From Spongospora subterranea f. sp. subterranea (lineage: Eukaryota), in the NCBI GenBank assembly GCA_049724395.1, contig JAUGWO010000082.1, forward strand, positions 186,001 through 250,000: DNA of 64,000 nt. Direction: 5' to 3'. Shown in pieces: positions 23,313-37,809 of the stretch. The notes below the pieces were generated by a model. It was given only the letters and a program-made list of their open reading frames with translations. It had not been told where the DNA came from and did no database searches. A program made the position numbers and the translations under genes. The stretch's first letter is position 1. Every line of letters begins with the position of its first letter.

Positions 23313-25134
23313 TTATCGCATTTCAAAGTATTTGTTGGTAGAGGGATCAAAGTAAAGCTTCAAAATTGGATCGAACATGAACTGTTGCTTGACGGAACGA
23401 TTTTCATGTGTTTCGGAAAGCGGCAATGTAGCTGCCATAGCTGCACGGGCGCTACTTGTACTTGTGCTAGAACAACGGCTGCTAGATTCGCTGCGCGCCT
23501 TTCCGTTTCGGCTCAAACGTACAGGCCGGAGTTGCTGACGTAGGACATTGAAAGCAGACTCTGTAGAAGCACAGACCTCGTTTGGCTCTAAAAACGACTT
23601 CCCAGATTCGACAGAAGCTCGAGCAGAAGAACTCCTGGATAACGACGCAGTGCGCCGACTTTCGGCATCATAATATTTCAGTGCATCTTGCACGAAGTCA
23701 AGCTCATCTTCATCGGTGTTCCAATCATTGATATCAGGTTTGCACGTGTTTGCAACAGCTTCCTCTCGATTCAAAGCTCCTTCTTCAGACAACTCACCCA
23801 TCAAAACTAGATCAAGGTCAGTATCGCCGTCCATATCGGTTTCTTCGCGATTCTCGATTTCGCGATCATTCTGCCGTTCCCATATTTCTTTGACGCCAAC
23901 CTGAGTTTCAAGACAATCTAGCTGGGATGCATTGGATACAGCATCTGTGCTAGCAGGTTTTTGGATATTGAACTCTTGGCTTGGCGGAGGTACATTCTCG
24001 TCCTCTTCTTCTATCTTTGCACATGGCGCAATTTTCCTTATACACTCTTCTGAAGAAGTCTGAAGGGATGAACTTTTTTGATGGAAAAGAGGCATCTCTG
24101 ACGACCTTACAGCTCTTTGCGTCCTAGTCGGAGGTAAAACTCTATTAATGTTGGGGGAGATTGTCAGTCTCCTTCTTGCAATTGGTTTACTTGGAGTTTT
24201 GGATTTCGACCTGGTTGTAAGAGCGAGCCCCGTTCCTTCTCTGGAAAGAGAATGAGCTTCCGATAGCCGGCGAGAGCGCTTTATCACGCTCTTCATATTG
24301 GGACTTCGAAGTGGAGGCCGAGCGATAACTATTTTCTTTCTTGGCGTAGGAGCAGCGGGGGCCACAACATCCCAATTGAGAATCTGGGTCACATGCGAAA
24401 CACCACTAGGGAAATCAACCGTTTTTGGAATCGGAGCAAAAATTGAGTAAGGAGAGTTATGCTGTTCAGAAACGGCGATTTCAATATCTGAAGGAGGGCA
24501 ACGCAACGTAAAAATTTTCCTGTCATTTAACTCAGCAAAAAATTTGACAAAACACTTTAAACTTACCGAATCGAACAATTTGGTCGGAGTATAATGCCCT
24601 CCAAGGATCGGAAGTCGTTTTGGAAACAAGCAACAGTCAAGCTAGACATGTCTATGCATAGGTTCAACCATTGCCGCCTAGGTACGCTGTGCTCAGGTAC
24701 GGGCAAACGAGCCTGAGAAGGAGTCGCCACTGGAGATGAATTAGAGGTCGAAAAAAGAAGACGACGGCGGGTATCCGATGAATCAATGACATAGATCTCA
24801 ATAGTGCATAGAATAGGAGCTGATGGAAGTTTGATCTGAATAACCAGGAACGGCTGTTCTAACGACACTGTTCAAACAATAAACATCATAAAAAAACCCA
24901 TGAATGAGGTAGTATTATGGGGCATTGGAAATTACGCTTTTGATGAGAATGCTTTGGGAGTTGTAGAGAAGTATGAGGACCACTATCAATTACATGGACA
25001 TAGCCTTTGACGTCACGTTCATACACTCGACGAGCTGCCCCAATATGTGAAAACTTCCATGCAGCCAACGGCTGGCTGCCAGTGACATCGGCGACCTCGA
25101 CCAAAGTGCCACCCTGATATCGACTGGCGAACAT
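23313..25134 (-). CDS. CFAP20DC: CFAP20 domain-containing protein (C3orf67-like)
   Basis: N-terminal MFASRYQGGTLVEV, YERDVKGYV, QPFLVIQI, RRRLLFS, WLNLCIDM, CSIRKIFTLR; disordered middle; C-terminal FDPILKLYFDPSTNKYFEM. Three exons. Confidence 0.85.
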
Positions 25135-28067
25135 ACCTCGTTGCCGCAGGTGATGATCTTGTTGATCATAAACTTTCTACCAATCTTATCCGCTCTGTGA
25201 TCGGTCGTATGCACGTGCTGCTGGAGCGCAGCCTTCATTTGCTAACAGCGGCCTGACAGTTTCCAAAATCACGGCATGGGCCACACACTACTAAGCACAG
25301 TTACGTCACCGTTACCTGCAACTGGATCAGGTGGGAAATACGCACTGTCGTTGTCATCAATTATGGCTGTGTAGAACCGCTGTGGAACGTGTTGTTGCCG
25401 TGCCAGTAACCGTAAGGGGGTACCCCTAAGTGTAACCATTGAAAGCGGGTCGGAGAATCCGGATTCGATTACTTTTCGAGTTCAAGAACTCCGCCATTTC
25501 CACTGTTAAACTGACCTGCGAGTCCAGCTGCTGCACCGGGCCCACTCTGGCCAACCTTTCACTGACGACGTTCTCGGGAATGGCAATGCTTTTATAAACG
25601 TTAGCGAGCGTCAGATGGAACTTTTCCGCGTTTCCCGTTCCGGTGCGGCTTCCTAGGCATTTCTAATATAGCCCCATCGCGCGAATATTGTAGACCTTGA
25701 CGATGGATGTAAAGAGTCAGACTCCAACTATGACTTTATAAATATCCGTTTTCAAAAAGAGCCCAGGACAGTAGTACCCGATATCAAAGCCTACGACCAG
25801 ATGGTGCAGTTACATCTTCCGATCGAGAGGAATAATTAGCAAATTGGTTCAGCGCATTCTGAGATCTTGCAAAGTGTTTCTGAATCACCATAGGCCTAAG
25901 CAACACTATCAAAATCGCTCAAGTAATAAAATTTCGTCTCGTCAACATATCAAAGCCAAAACTTGTAGAATGCACAAGTTTGATTGACTTTTGAAGAACA
26001 TGGTCACTGGATGAGCCTCAAAGTTGTTCTGTTTCAATCCGGCCCTGTTTGTCTGCTGTTCACGACATTGATTTGCTGGTTAAATCGCTTTTCAACCTGA
26101 TTGATTCGCTTTCATATCGTAATAAATATCTTGACTATAGTTTTTATCAGCGACCTATAGCTACGATCTACAACAGCAAGTTTTGCATCCACGTTTTCTT
26201 GAAATACAAACCAGTAGAGTGAATGTTCACGGCAATGCTAATCAAGCGATAAGAGTGCGTTGATCGAACATGAAAGCGTTTGAAGGATGCTGAGAATCGA
26301 TTGAGGAAATTCGCATATCATGCAGAGATTTTGGTAAGTGTAGAATTGGCTTGATCGATTCAACTTGCTTCCAATGCGGTATGAAGATGGCTTATAAAGG
26401 ACTTCAAAATATATACTACTTTACCATTTGACACCGATATCTGATTGTGTATCATGTCGAATTCCCAATACATTTTACGCGAACGTTTGACTTCTCCTGG
26501 CAAGTGAGTAGTTACATGCCCCCGGTCTAATGAATGCGAAAATTCGAGCTCAGCAAATCCAAAACGGCCGCCCTTGCGTCTTTATCGGATTCAGTAGTCA
26601 TCTCTGAAATTCAATATTCGTCTGACGTTGCTGGCCAAGCTGACCCTGATTCTTTAGCGAAGATGGTAAATCCCATTGAAACGTTCGGGTTGCAAAAAAA
26701 TGATCATAACATCGTGGGCAATCCTGACAGTGTACACCTGGGAAACAGCTTCTGACATCTTTCGTTTGCCGACCTGTCCAGTAAAGATTTCGCTTTGTGC
26801 ATTCCTTCAACATTCGTATGATTTGCTATCCTTTTTACTATATGAAATGTGCCTCAATGGGACGTGATTATCTTGATGTCGAGAGATTTGACACGGATCT
26901 ATCCCAAGAGTGTTCTGGGTCACCTCCAATAATCTGGCCGTAATCTTCGTCACCATACCGTTCGGAAAGAATGTTCTCGATATGTATCTCCAACTGGCTC
27001 TTGTGAATCATACAGCACCGAAAACGGCAATTCAAACTGGCGGGGTTGAACAGATGCGTCACGTTCAGATGGCATTTGCAGCTATCATTATTCATTCATA
27101 AGCGGAAATCCCCTTTCCTTTCGTCTCCCGAGCTCAACTATATGCTGTCTTGACGATATGATTTTGCCACAAGATCACTTCAGCTTCAACAGTTATTTTT
27201 CCGTTAAACCCGAACACGCACTGGTCAAAAATATTTGTACACCCCTAATTCGGAATCGTGGAGAGTATTGATTTACTGTAGTCCCGATACTTCACAATCG
27301 AACTTCAAAATTTTTCCTGTTTAATTGATATCTTACTAATTCACACATGTTCGTAAGCGTCAGATATGAGGTCTCGTGTATTACACTAGGGACTGCACGC
27401 GATAATCTAGTCCCCGGCACCATAATCCCCGAAAATACAATAAATGGATTATGCAGCGTTCGTGATCGAAGTGCTTTTCCCCGTTTACTTACCGAAACCC
27501 CTTCATGTCAAGTCTCCATCACTGTTTAAAACCAGAATGCTGAGTGATTATTTTCAGCATGATACGACAAGAAAAACGCTACCAAACCTAGCAGGTTGTT
27601 AAGGGGATCTGAGATTGCTATAAAAAATACTTTACAGACCGGTTTCCAGGCAGTTGTTATTGACGTTTGCCAACCCGTTTTTGCTTTGCTGCTACTTCGC
27701 CAATACCCGTGAAAATGTCCGCAACCAACAGGCGGAGACTGACATTTTCCGACTCACAGTCTTACACAGCAGTACTGTACATGTGGGAAACTCCGAGTGC
27801 ATCCCTCCACTACCCCACCAATGGTAGCAGTACACAGTGTCTTTTTTACCGCGCGCGGTGGTGGAGGGGATAAGGCCGGCCAGTTACACCCCACTTTACT
27901 GCTCTAACAATAATTGTGCGTTAATATCTGGAACAACGGTCGAGAAACGTTTCGCCGTACTACACCTATAATAGGGTATTTGACCATAGCCAGTGTCTTC
28001 CAGATCTATTATCTGCACTCATTTCATTTGCTTATCAGACTCTGAATTACTTACATCGGTTCCCAAA

Positions 28068-29505
28068 ATGATGGATCAGCTCGAGCAACTTTCGTCCCTC
28101 GGGACTGTTGTTGTTGCCGACACTGGCGACTTCAACTCGTTGAAGCAGTTCACGCCGACAGATGTCACCAGTTAGTAGAATTGCATGGGATTTTGATTTT
28201 CCTTTCTTTTGTTGTTCGCATCTGGTTCACGTAACTGATTGACAGTTCAGCCAACCCGAGCTTGTTGATGGCGGCTGCATCAATGCCGGAGTATGCACCC
28301 TTAGTTAACGAAGCCATAGCTTTCGGGCGTGGAGAAATTTCCGCTACCATGAACAAACTGGCAGTTAACTTTGGAGCAGAGGTACATATCGTATTTATGG
28401 TTCTGATTTATCACAATTATCGCCAATTGCATCACAACACTTTAATGTGCCTATAAGTTCATATCGTAGTGACTAATATCGGTATGTTGGACTCTAAATT
28501 CAGATTATCAAAACTATACCTGGGTTGATTTCTACAGAAGTCGACCCTAGTCACTCGTTTAGTACAGAAAAAACAGTAGCTCAGGTATATTGCCCTTGTC
28601 TCGAAATATTGATTTTACTCATCTCCCCGAAGGCACGGGAGCTGATCAAGCTCTATGATTCGGTAGGCGTTCCGACGAATCGAGTGCTGATCAAGGTTGC
28701 GGCTACATGGGAAGGAATCCGAGCTGCTGAAATTCTGGAACGTGAAGGTATCCATGTCAACATGACACTGATATTTTCAATTTATCAAGCGGTATGTGCG
28801 CAAATCTCACTCACATTCTCTTGCATTTTTTCAACTAAGGATCTAGGTGGCGGCTGCCGAAGCCGGAGCTACACTAATCTCACCATTTGTTGGTCGCATC
28901 CTTGACTGGTACAAAGCTGCTGAGAAGGTTGATGGATATCCTGGCGATAAAGATCCCGGCGTAAAATCAGTTTCCGAGATTTGGACGGTAGGCGCTGCAA
29001 CTCGTTTTCGTTTAAAAAAGTATCACCATGCTTATTGTTTGCTTAGTATTATCAAAAGTTTGGCTACAAAACGATCGTAATGGGAGCCAGTTTCCGCAAC
29101 AAGGAAGAAATTCTAGCGCTGGCAGGCTGTGACAAACTCACAATTGGGCCAAAATTTCTCGAGGAGCTCAAAAAGTCATCGGAGAAGGTAACCCGTCGTC
29201 TGGTTCCTGAATCTGCAAAGCACTCGAAGTTGCAGAAAATATCTGTAGATGAGGAGAGCTTCCGATTCATGATGAACGGTAAAGTCGCCCTGTTAATGCT
29301 TACCGCATGGGTCGTTAATATTCATGTGCTGCTCAGAGGATACGATGGCAACTGAAAAGCTGGCACAGGTACGCTGCTTTCAGTGCATTATTGTTGAAAA
29401 TTACATCCATCTTCACAGGGAATTCGCCAGTTCGCGGCCGATACTCGGAAGCTCATGGAAACGTTGGCTGCTAAAATTGCCAAGGGATCATCTCCATCGA
29501 AATAA
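28068..29505 (+). CDS. TAL: Transaldolase (multi-exon)
   Basis: [16 protein letters not shown] (spliced), [22 protein letters not shown] (catalytic Lys), [36 protein letters not shown]. Confidence 0.96.
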
Positions 29506-30616
29506 ACCGTCTGACTTGGATTGCTCTACATCTAATGGAGATATGCACTGATATTACAACCGAATCCACTCTAAGAATTTTGAAAACAGCAAAACTGTTT
29601 CTAATATCGTAGCGCGATTGGTTTCAGCAGCAATTGTAAATTGAAAATAACAAAGGGGAGCGGAAATCTGAGCTTGTTCAGCAGCGATTATCCTTTTGCA
29701 TTCGATCTTAGGACGGCGAAATTGGCAGGTTCAGGCTGTTTGCCACAAGATTTGTTTAAACTTGACGACTATCTAAGTGGTTCGCAGCGAATGTGGCTAG
29801 CCACTGTCCCATTTTGGGAGTGGAGGTTACATCAAACTCGGGGCCGTCGTTGTATTGAAATGCCTTGTTTTTCCGGGTTTGTGTTCAGCCATAACTGTTC
29901 ACCAAGATCATGATAGGGACAGTCATCTCATCGATTATCGTTGAAATGATGACGCTTTCCATGCGTTGACGCCGTCCCAGCATTCCTTGTATTTTTCTGG
30001 CTTCTGCAAAACTGTTTTTTTGCGTTGAACATGCATGTATGATGTTCGCTTGATTTTAGAGGTCTTCTCAAACGGAAGCATTAGCTTTAGAACCTGCCTT
30101 GTTAAAAGCTTTTGATATATTTATATATATAAAGACTTCAGCTTTCACTAAAAGATTTTACGATTACTCGTTGTTGAGGAATAGGCGGATTCCAAGAACG
30201 TCGGAAACGCGCATCACATTGAGTGTTTAATGTGGATGCCAGAGTTTTTTATTTTTGAGGGCAGTGACATGGAGTTAACACAAGCTCTTGGAAGACGATC
30301 CTGCGGCGTGTGAGCATTTATGACGTCGTGGCGGCAAGATTATGCTGTAATACTCCATCTTTCGCACTGTTTCTCGGCTAAAACTAAGCAATACCACAGT
30401 CAGGTTCTTTCTTTAATTGATTTCTTGACCTTAAAAGCGATCACATGGAGCTATTTTCGATTTCAACACTTGTGATTTTGAACACAGAATGTCGTGCTGG
30501 AGTCACAAGACCGGCGAAAAATTTGAGCGAAATCGCGGTAGTGATGGTGTTGATTAGGTAATCTCTCGAGAATCCACAACTGTGACAACTGCCCTTTTAT
30601 GGTGACCAAACCCATT

Positions 30617-32820
30617 TTATTGTGGTTCAGCGATACTGCAAGTCATATCAACATCGAATCGAGAATTGGTTTGGTGGTTGACGTATTTGATGAACCGCAT
30701 AGTACCCTTCTCGGCGCGTAATATTATTGCCAGCGAATTCGCCACGGGACTAATGATGACCATAGGCTCTTCAGCATCCTCGTCGACATAGAATATTGAT
30801 CCTGATTCAGCGTCTTCCTCCCCTAAACGAGCAGATTTCCAACAGGTAAACATCGAAAATCTTCTTTCGAGGCGCGTGAAAGTATTTACTTACCAGAAGT
30901 CAAACACAGACACACGTCAAGTGAAGGTTCTGATGCGTCGGGATCATCGTCAAAAGAAAGTGTGTAGCTGCCTGGGTTGAAACAGCGAACCAAAGACCGC
31001 GATTCTGTGATCAGGTAATAACTACCCGCGAGAATCATCAGCAACTTTCGCATCGCATGCGATTGTATCAACTCCCTGACCTGAATTTCATTCATAGGTC
31101 AGACTGAAAAACGAGCTAGGAATCATCACCACATTGCATTACCTCGGAGAGAATGCTAGATTTTGTTGGATCCGATAAAACCTGACAAAACATTATGAAA
31201 ACTTTTACGTTTGATTTTAGTCTTTGATACCTGAAAATGGCGCTTGTTATATGGTCCGACAAATTGCCAATCCTCACGTTGTATTCCGTTTAAAGCAGCG
31301 GAAACTTGATTCCAGCGACTGGCCAGCAAGAAACTACGAAGATCGATCTGAAGCAAAATGTGATTCAAAAGTGTTCCACAAAAAGAAGCGAAGAAATCAG
31401 TTGACGACATAGCTTCGATTTACCTGGGACTCAAGCTCGAATTGTGCAGAAATTTGTTTCTGGACCTGTGATTTGAAGTAGGAAGGCGAAATCCATGACT
31501 CAAGATAGCGCAACTCGTCAGAAGTTAACGCTTCGATAGATGACACGTCACTGGTGACGGTCTGGATATGGGCAGCGTATTTGGCGTCGTCATTGTCGTC
31601 GCCATGTTGTGTAAGTAGAGCGGCTTCTTTGACTGGCTCTCCGTGAAACCTATCAACAAAAATTAGACGATCACAGGGTAAATCAAACCTTTTACGTTAA
31701 CAGTTATTTCACTTTGTAACAAAAACCCAATTGAAGAGCTGAAAAAGTGCCAATCAACATGTCAATTAAATTGAGGTTAGCCATAATACTTGAATTGTTG
31801 AGAAAATTATAGAAAACGACAAAATGAGGAACACAAAATGACTACAACATGATGATACTGAAGTGGTTACTAACCATCCATGAACAGATAGACGGTGCTT
31901 GTCCTCGGAAAGAACTTCAGCAACCTGGTGGTAAGACTTGTTCGAGACCTCGAACAAAATAAGAGTATTCCGCTGGGGAACAATGCTCTTGACGACCTGG
32001 TCAGGTTGGCCACATTCATCCACAGAAAACAAATCAAGTTGGCCTCCATCGGCAGACGACCACGTCTCTGGAACCAAGTAGAGGGTGAAAGCGATACGCC
32101 GACCAAGAAGTTCGTCGTCGTGCGACAAGAGATGATCGTTAACACGATATAGCGATGACGTCACTACAATAACTATTAGAAATGGAAACCAAAAAAACCG
32201 CATGAAATTTTTTCTCTCTGAACTTTTGATCAATGAAAGCAATCAGCAACACCAGATTTAAGAGTATGTACGAATTTGAAAAAGATGGAAAAGATCCCAA
32301 CAGATGCCAAGAGAGTTCAATCATGTTGAGGGAAAATGTTCACAAACCATCGATATCAGCGGTGATATCAATCCCGCAGAGAGCACTCAACGATGAACGA
32401 AAACTTTCGCTATAGAGATTGGAGATCAAGTCGCGAATATTACGACTGGAGCATTCAGATAAATCCTCGGACTGGTGGAATGCAAATAAATCGTTGGATT
32501 TAGAATAAAATGGCTCGTCCATCAGTTCGTCCTATAAACAATCTGTCAGAAAATAATCTTGACAACAAGAAGCTCGACAATCAAAGGGATCGGACAGAGC
32601 CACACAAAAAGTCAGCATCATGTCAATTTGTCCAACGCGATCCTAGAAAACGGACCTGAATCCGATCAAGCGTCGAAGGGTCTTGTATGAAATCATCGAC
32701 ACGAAAGAGAGGAAACGGCGCGTGGTCGGCAAACATTTTTCGAGACTGTTCAATGGATTCCGGGGCCCCCCAGTCAAGGCGGAGCATGTTCGACGTCGAC
32801 GGGGATGAAAGAAACTTCAT
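30617..32820 (-). CDS. OGFOD1: Prolyl 3-hydroxylase OGFOD1/TPA1 (2OG-Fe(II) oxygenase, multi-exon)
   Basis: KSNDLFAFHQSEDL, DHLLSHDD (HxD), RRIAFTLYLV, DGGQLDLF, FEVSNKSYHQVAEV, RLSVHGW; second domain WQFVGPYNKRH, RCFNPGSYTL, GTMRFIKYVNH. Confidence 0.92.
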
Positions 32821-33461
32821 GATGTACCGGATAATCAACACAGTGGCGCAGCACACGAGGCGCCCTCGTCAACGTAAACTGCGCAATCGCGAAGGAAGAG
32901 GAGAACAAAACTCCGCGATGCGATGGAGATACCGTGGAATATTGTTTGCTTGCACTGTACTGCAAAATCGGATAACAATCCGTTTTTATTCTGAATTGGC
33001 GCATAACGTCATGGCGCAGTGCAATTGGGCCAACGTGATGTTCCTCTGTACAGATGTGTCGCAATGGATAAATGTTCTCCAGATGTGGTCTGGGAAGGCG
33101 CGGGGCTATAACAAGAGTGCGGTCATGTACGTCACCATTACCGTGTGTCCCCCAATGGGGTCAGCTAAGGGCCGGCACAACCTAACTGTACACTGATGAC
33201 GATGTTGAGGTAGGGGAGAGCCGCACTTGAGGCAGGGATGTACCTCTGGGCTGAACCACATTTGGACTCAATTGTACAAACCGAACCACGAATAGGGTCA
33301 GACACCAGTTGTAGTCAGCGTTACAGGCACACTGGCCGGTCAAGGTCAGGGTGAACTGCGCCGCCGAGTCATCAAGCCCACCCATATTTCAATAGGGGAT
33401 ACCCCTTGGCAAAACCCATTGTCTACACAATTTTTTAGGTCGTATTTTGTTGCAGTTCGCA

Positions 33462-34798
33462 ATGAAATCGACACCTGAAATCCAGGTCGAAGCGCCACAT
33501 GTCGTGAAAAATACCCGCTCAGCCCGGGCCAAACACGGTACGATTTTGGTGGCGCTGTCGCTGCTAGAGATTGGGGGACGCGCCTGCTCAACGTTGATCG
33601 CTCAACCATTAAAACATGTGGCCGGGCCAGCAACATCACTTAATCTGCCAATGATGCACGCAACGTTGGAGACAGCAAGTTTTCCGCTATCAATGATGGC
33701 GTGGATCGTGGTTTCTCTGTACACCAAGGGAACCTTGCGGATAAAGAACTTCAAGTATCGCATGAATATGTACGCTCTCATGGCGGGTTTGGATTGCATT
33801 AGGTACGCTGCGACATGCATTTATTTACAACTGTATCTTTTTTGCGTCATAACCTAAGAAATTCGGAAACTGATTACTTGTGGTGTAGCTGCTTATCCGG
33901 GTCGATGGGCCTCAATGCTTTGCCTGCAACCATATTCACAATCCTAGGATCGTCAGCTATTGTGTGGTCGATTATATTAACTCGGATATTTACGAAAAAG
34001 AAGGTGAACCCGATTCGTTTTTGTGATGATCGCTTGTGACATTGTTCATAGTTCACAATTTGGCATTACCTTTCGGTGGTAATGACCTTCGCCAGTGTGT
34101 TATTATTGTTTATTACTCTTATTGAAGACGAAGGCTCATCTATGCTGCCCGCATCTGACAATATAGAGGTTCTCTCAGCTCGAACCGTTTCTCCTCCTGT
34201 GGCTTTCCTCTGCTGTTTATTAAGCGCGTTTTTAATTGCTCTTCTTGGCGTACTGAACTACGTGTTCTTCTGTCATGAAAAGCTAAAGTACTGCTTGGCA
34301 ACAATCGTAGAAAATAATGCAATGCAGTCCATGTTCGTGTTCTTTTTCTTGATGCCGTTTGTGGCGGCCAATGGCGAGGCAAGGCAATGGCCTACAGTTC
34401 TGGAAAAGGTTTCCTCCAATGGGTCAATGTCTAGGTTTATTGGCATCTGTATTGGGATAGCGTTGGGTGAGTATCTATGGCGATGTGCTATTCCAAGCCT
34501 CTGATATTTTACTCCAGGACGACCAGTAACCCTATTTTCCAGCGTTGCCACAACTGCGTTTTCCAGCGCCGTTCTCACGCGAGCCCTAGGTGGACCTCGT
34601 AGGCTGCTTGTTATGTCAATCAGCTTCTTCGTGTTCAAAGAACCCATGCCAGCTGTGAAAGTTGTTTCGGGAACCCTCATGTGTATTGCAACTGTCATCT
34701 ACGTTTACGGCGGCGTGATCCTTCAGTCGAAAGAAGACGCAGACGAACGTCAATTAGCAGCCGTGAAGCGAACAGAAGATATAGAACTTCAACAGTGA
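33462..34798 (+). CDS. Drug/metabolite-superfamily transporter, purine permease (PUP)/nucleotide-sugar transporter-like (4 exons)
   Basis: About 10 hydrophobic segments; LETASFPL, GLNALPATIFTILGSSAIVWSIILTRIFTKKKFTIWH, FFVFKEPMPAVKVVSGTL. Confidence 0.75.
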
Positions 34799-35449
34799 CC
34801 CTTATTATTTTTTAAGAAAGTATCATTTAAATGTAGAATAAATTGTGGCGTTTGGTACTGCCCAAATCACGTTCAAGAGGAATCATCGAAGTTTTATTGA
34901 TGACATTTGTCATTTGTAGAATCACCTGGACCTTGACTGCTTTCCAGACTTCTTAAAAACATGGACAGTATTTTCCCATAGTGTTGGCCCAAAAAGCCTT
35001 TCAAATTCTGTTTTGAATTCGAAGAACGTGTCTAGATTGGTTGCCGTTGTGTTTCCACCTGATTTGTCAAAACTGCATCCAGATGACGGTACTTGATAGT
35101 TATATGTTGATGTTGACGAACAGCTCGCCCTGCAACAGGAGGCATTACAGTTCGCTTCCATGGCCCCAGAATGCATGTGCTTATCGCAATCTTCATTCCC
35201 GCGCCTCATCACTACTCGTACGTCAGCACATGCACCAGAAATGCAGTTGAATTACTTTTTGCGCCATATCCCTGGTAGTATCGAATGCGACACTGCCGAA
35301 GAGCACAGAATATTGCGGTCATCAAAATCAACACTATGGATGCATCTATTTTGTGATTTTGGATATTGAAATACGGGAAAACTGTGATTTGATCACTGGA
35401 AATACGGTTTATTCTGTTATTTGCGAGAAAGGGGTGCTTTGAAAAAATT

Positions 35450-37809
35450 TTAGCGGTCTAGCGGCATCTTCCGTCGTCGAGTTAAGATTGAGTTTTTACT
35501 TAGTGAGTTGAGGTGCTGCCCGAATGCGCTGCGGTCAAGCCAGTACGGATCCTGACCGCATTTTCGGAATCCGTCCGCGATCCAGCAAGATGCCTCGTCA
35601 GATGCATTGATGCGTTGGAATGCATCTTGGACGAATTCCCAAACGATTTCTCGGGGGACTTTGGAAGTTTCGCCAGGCTGCAATATGGCTGCAATGTCGT
35701 GCCTATCTTGCCGGCCATCCGTTGGTCGTGTGCACTTGTCGTATGCGTTCCCGATGTGTTGTTTGAGGGGCTTGTTCACATCTGCATGACCGAGGTCGTA
35801 CCCGTCTCGACGAAAGCGATGATGATTCGGGCAGAAAGGTGCTCGCGGTTATACCGCAAGACCCAGTTATCCACAATGTCGCCAAAGTGTGTGTGAGATC
35901 GATCCCACCCCAACCCGATGGGTTTTCCAGGGAAAACTCCCACAACGAAGGTGAAAAACCTCACAGCAATCAGCTGAGTCTCCAATGAGTGCTGTCAAAA
36001 GTTAGAACCGACTGTTTGTAGGTCTTCCATTCGTGGAACATATTTCCGCCAAATATTGCCCGTCAATAATCATTCCCTTTGGTGTCAGCAACCGTGAAGG
36101 TCGCCGCTCGGCAGCGACGACAATGGTGAACCCGACCTCTCGTGATCAACAGGGTTCACCGTACCGGTACGTTGTCACACCAACAGGGGCGACACAACGG
36201 TCCTTCGTAGCATGAAACTGCATGAACATCTCATCCGCAGCGATCTCGATATCAACGTTGTTCGTTTGAAACACTTGGCAGATGTGAAGCGCGTCCGTCT
36301 CGGCACGAATTTTCCAATCAGCAGGAACCGTTTGAGATAACGAGGTTCGACCATCTGAACCGATCCTTGGTGAGTTTAACGAACACACGAAGATTTTGCG
36401 GTTGTGAAACCACTTTCTTGACCTCAGTTGATAAAAGCTAGTCGATATAATGCGATCTGATGGCATAAAAAACTTGCTCAGCTGTACACGGATTGCCATT
36501 ATCCCATCTCTCACGAATGAATGTGTCCAAGAAAAGTTCTTCAGCTGGATATTTCGGCTTGCGTCCCAAGGGACCGACCACGCTCACACGATGTGAATCC
36601 CGCTCACATACTTGCTATTGCCTTGTGTGGCGCGCGCGACCAGATTTTTGAATAGAAAATGGTCGGAGTGGAACGTCAATTGTGCTAATGGTGGAGGTTC
36701 CGACAATCCGTCTATTAAAGACGTCACAGATTTGGGAATGTGATTCCGCAACGTTGACAGAACTTGTCGGCGATGTGTTTTCAGCACTATTGACTGCACA
36801 GCAATCAGGTTCCTCAATGATGGGAACAATGGCACCCACTTGCGACGAAGCGTCTTATTGTGCATTCGCTTTTTCAGTGTGCTGGGTTTTAGGCCAACGG
36901 CACACGCGCCGAGAGTGACAAATTGGAATTGCCAAGGTCGGGATGGTGAAAGAAGAAAGTGGCCATCGTCCGATGCTCCCAAGTCCATGCTCGAGCTCTG
37001 CGATTGTAGTCTGGCCAGAAAACCCAGAGTCGCCAATGCGATCACCTGCTGCAGATACCTCGCAGATTGACACAATATCTTCAAGGACACCGAGAACCGT
37101 GTGCAGTTCAACAGAGTCTTCCAAAATACCGAGCGCCGTCGGTGCAATATCGTCGACGAGAAACCTGAGCATGTTCATCATCGATCAGTTGAGTCAGACG
37201 TTGCTGGTTCTCCTGGTTCGTAAGAATGATCGCGACACCAGTCGATCGACTGGATGTTCTCCTGCGCGAACCTCTTCGACTTCTTGTTTGACATGCTATG
37301 CTCTGACGCGTCTTCTGAACGGGTTTGATGTTCCACGCAAGCGTTGTTTGATAAAGTTTACGAGTGGGTGCAGAGGGTTCGACGATGATCTTTGTTGCCT
37401 GTTTGTCACAATCCTGCTCAGGTAAATCGCGCTTGCTACTTGTTCTGTATCCATCCGCCAACATGTCAACAACGATGTCATTAAAACCAGCTTAGCCGAT
37501 GACACCCGTGACTGAATCAACACCAACGGGCAGAAATGGTTCAAAAAACAACACTGGTGGAGGTGTCATAGGATGTCGATATTGGTGATGGTATACAAAG
37601 GCAGTTTCGGGATTAAGCGGCAACTGCTGAACCCAATCGTTGCGGCCACTCATCTGTTTTTTCAGTAAATCAACCGCATTAAAGACATGTATTCCACTTA
37701 ATTCGTTCGAACACGACACAACGTTGATATCAAATTGCAACGCAATGAGTGGCATTTCAAAGTCGGATGCACTTTTCAGCGTTTGCAACATAGCCTGCCG
37801 AAATGACAC
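35450..37809 (-). pseudogene. Degenerate pogo/Tc5-type (DDE_1) transposase with a long N-terminal extension
   Basis: CENP-B-type HTH GRKPKYPAEELFLDTFIRERWDNGNPCT (~36480-36570); IAADEMFMQF; LGWDRSHTH; GTTSVMQ../DVNKPLKQHI; WIADGFRKCG. Several frameshifts and stops. Confidence 0.8.

Noticed and set aside
25300..27700. 2.4-kb region with short broken ORFs
   Set aside because: Probably decayed coding or TE sequence, but no motif could be identified by eye.
27801..27871. Possible stem-loop or ncRNA upstream of transaldolase
   Set aside because: Only ~14-bp imperfect arms and no tRNA, snRNA or snoRNA hallmarks.
35369..35408. GAAATACGG motifs as pogo TIRs
   Set aside because: Wrong orientation for the minus-strand transposase and no partner terminus found.
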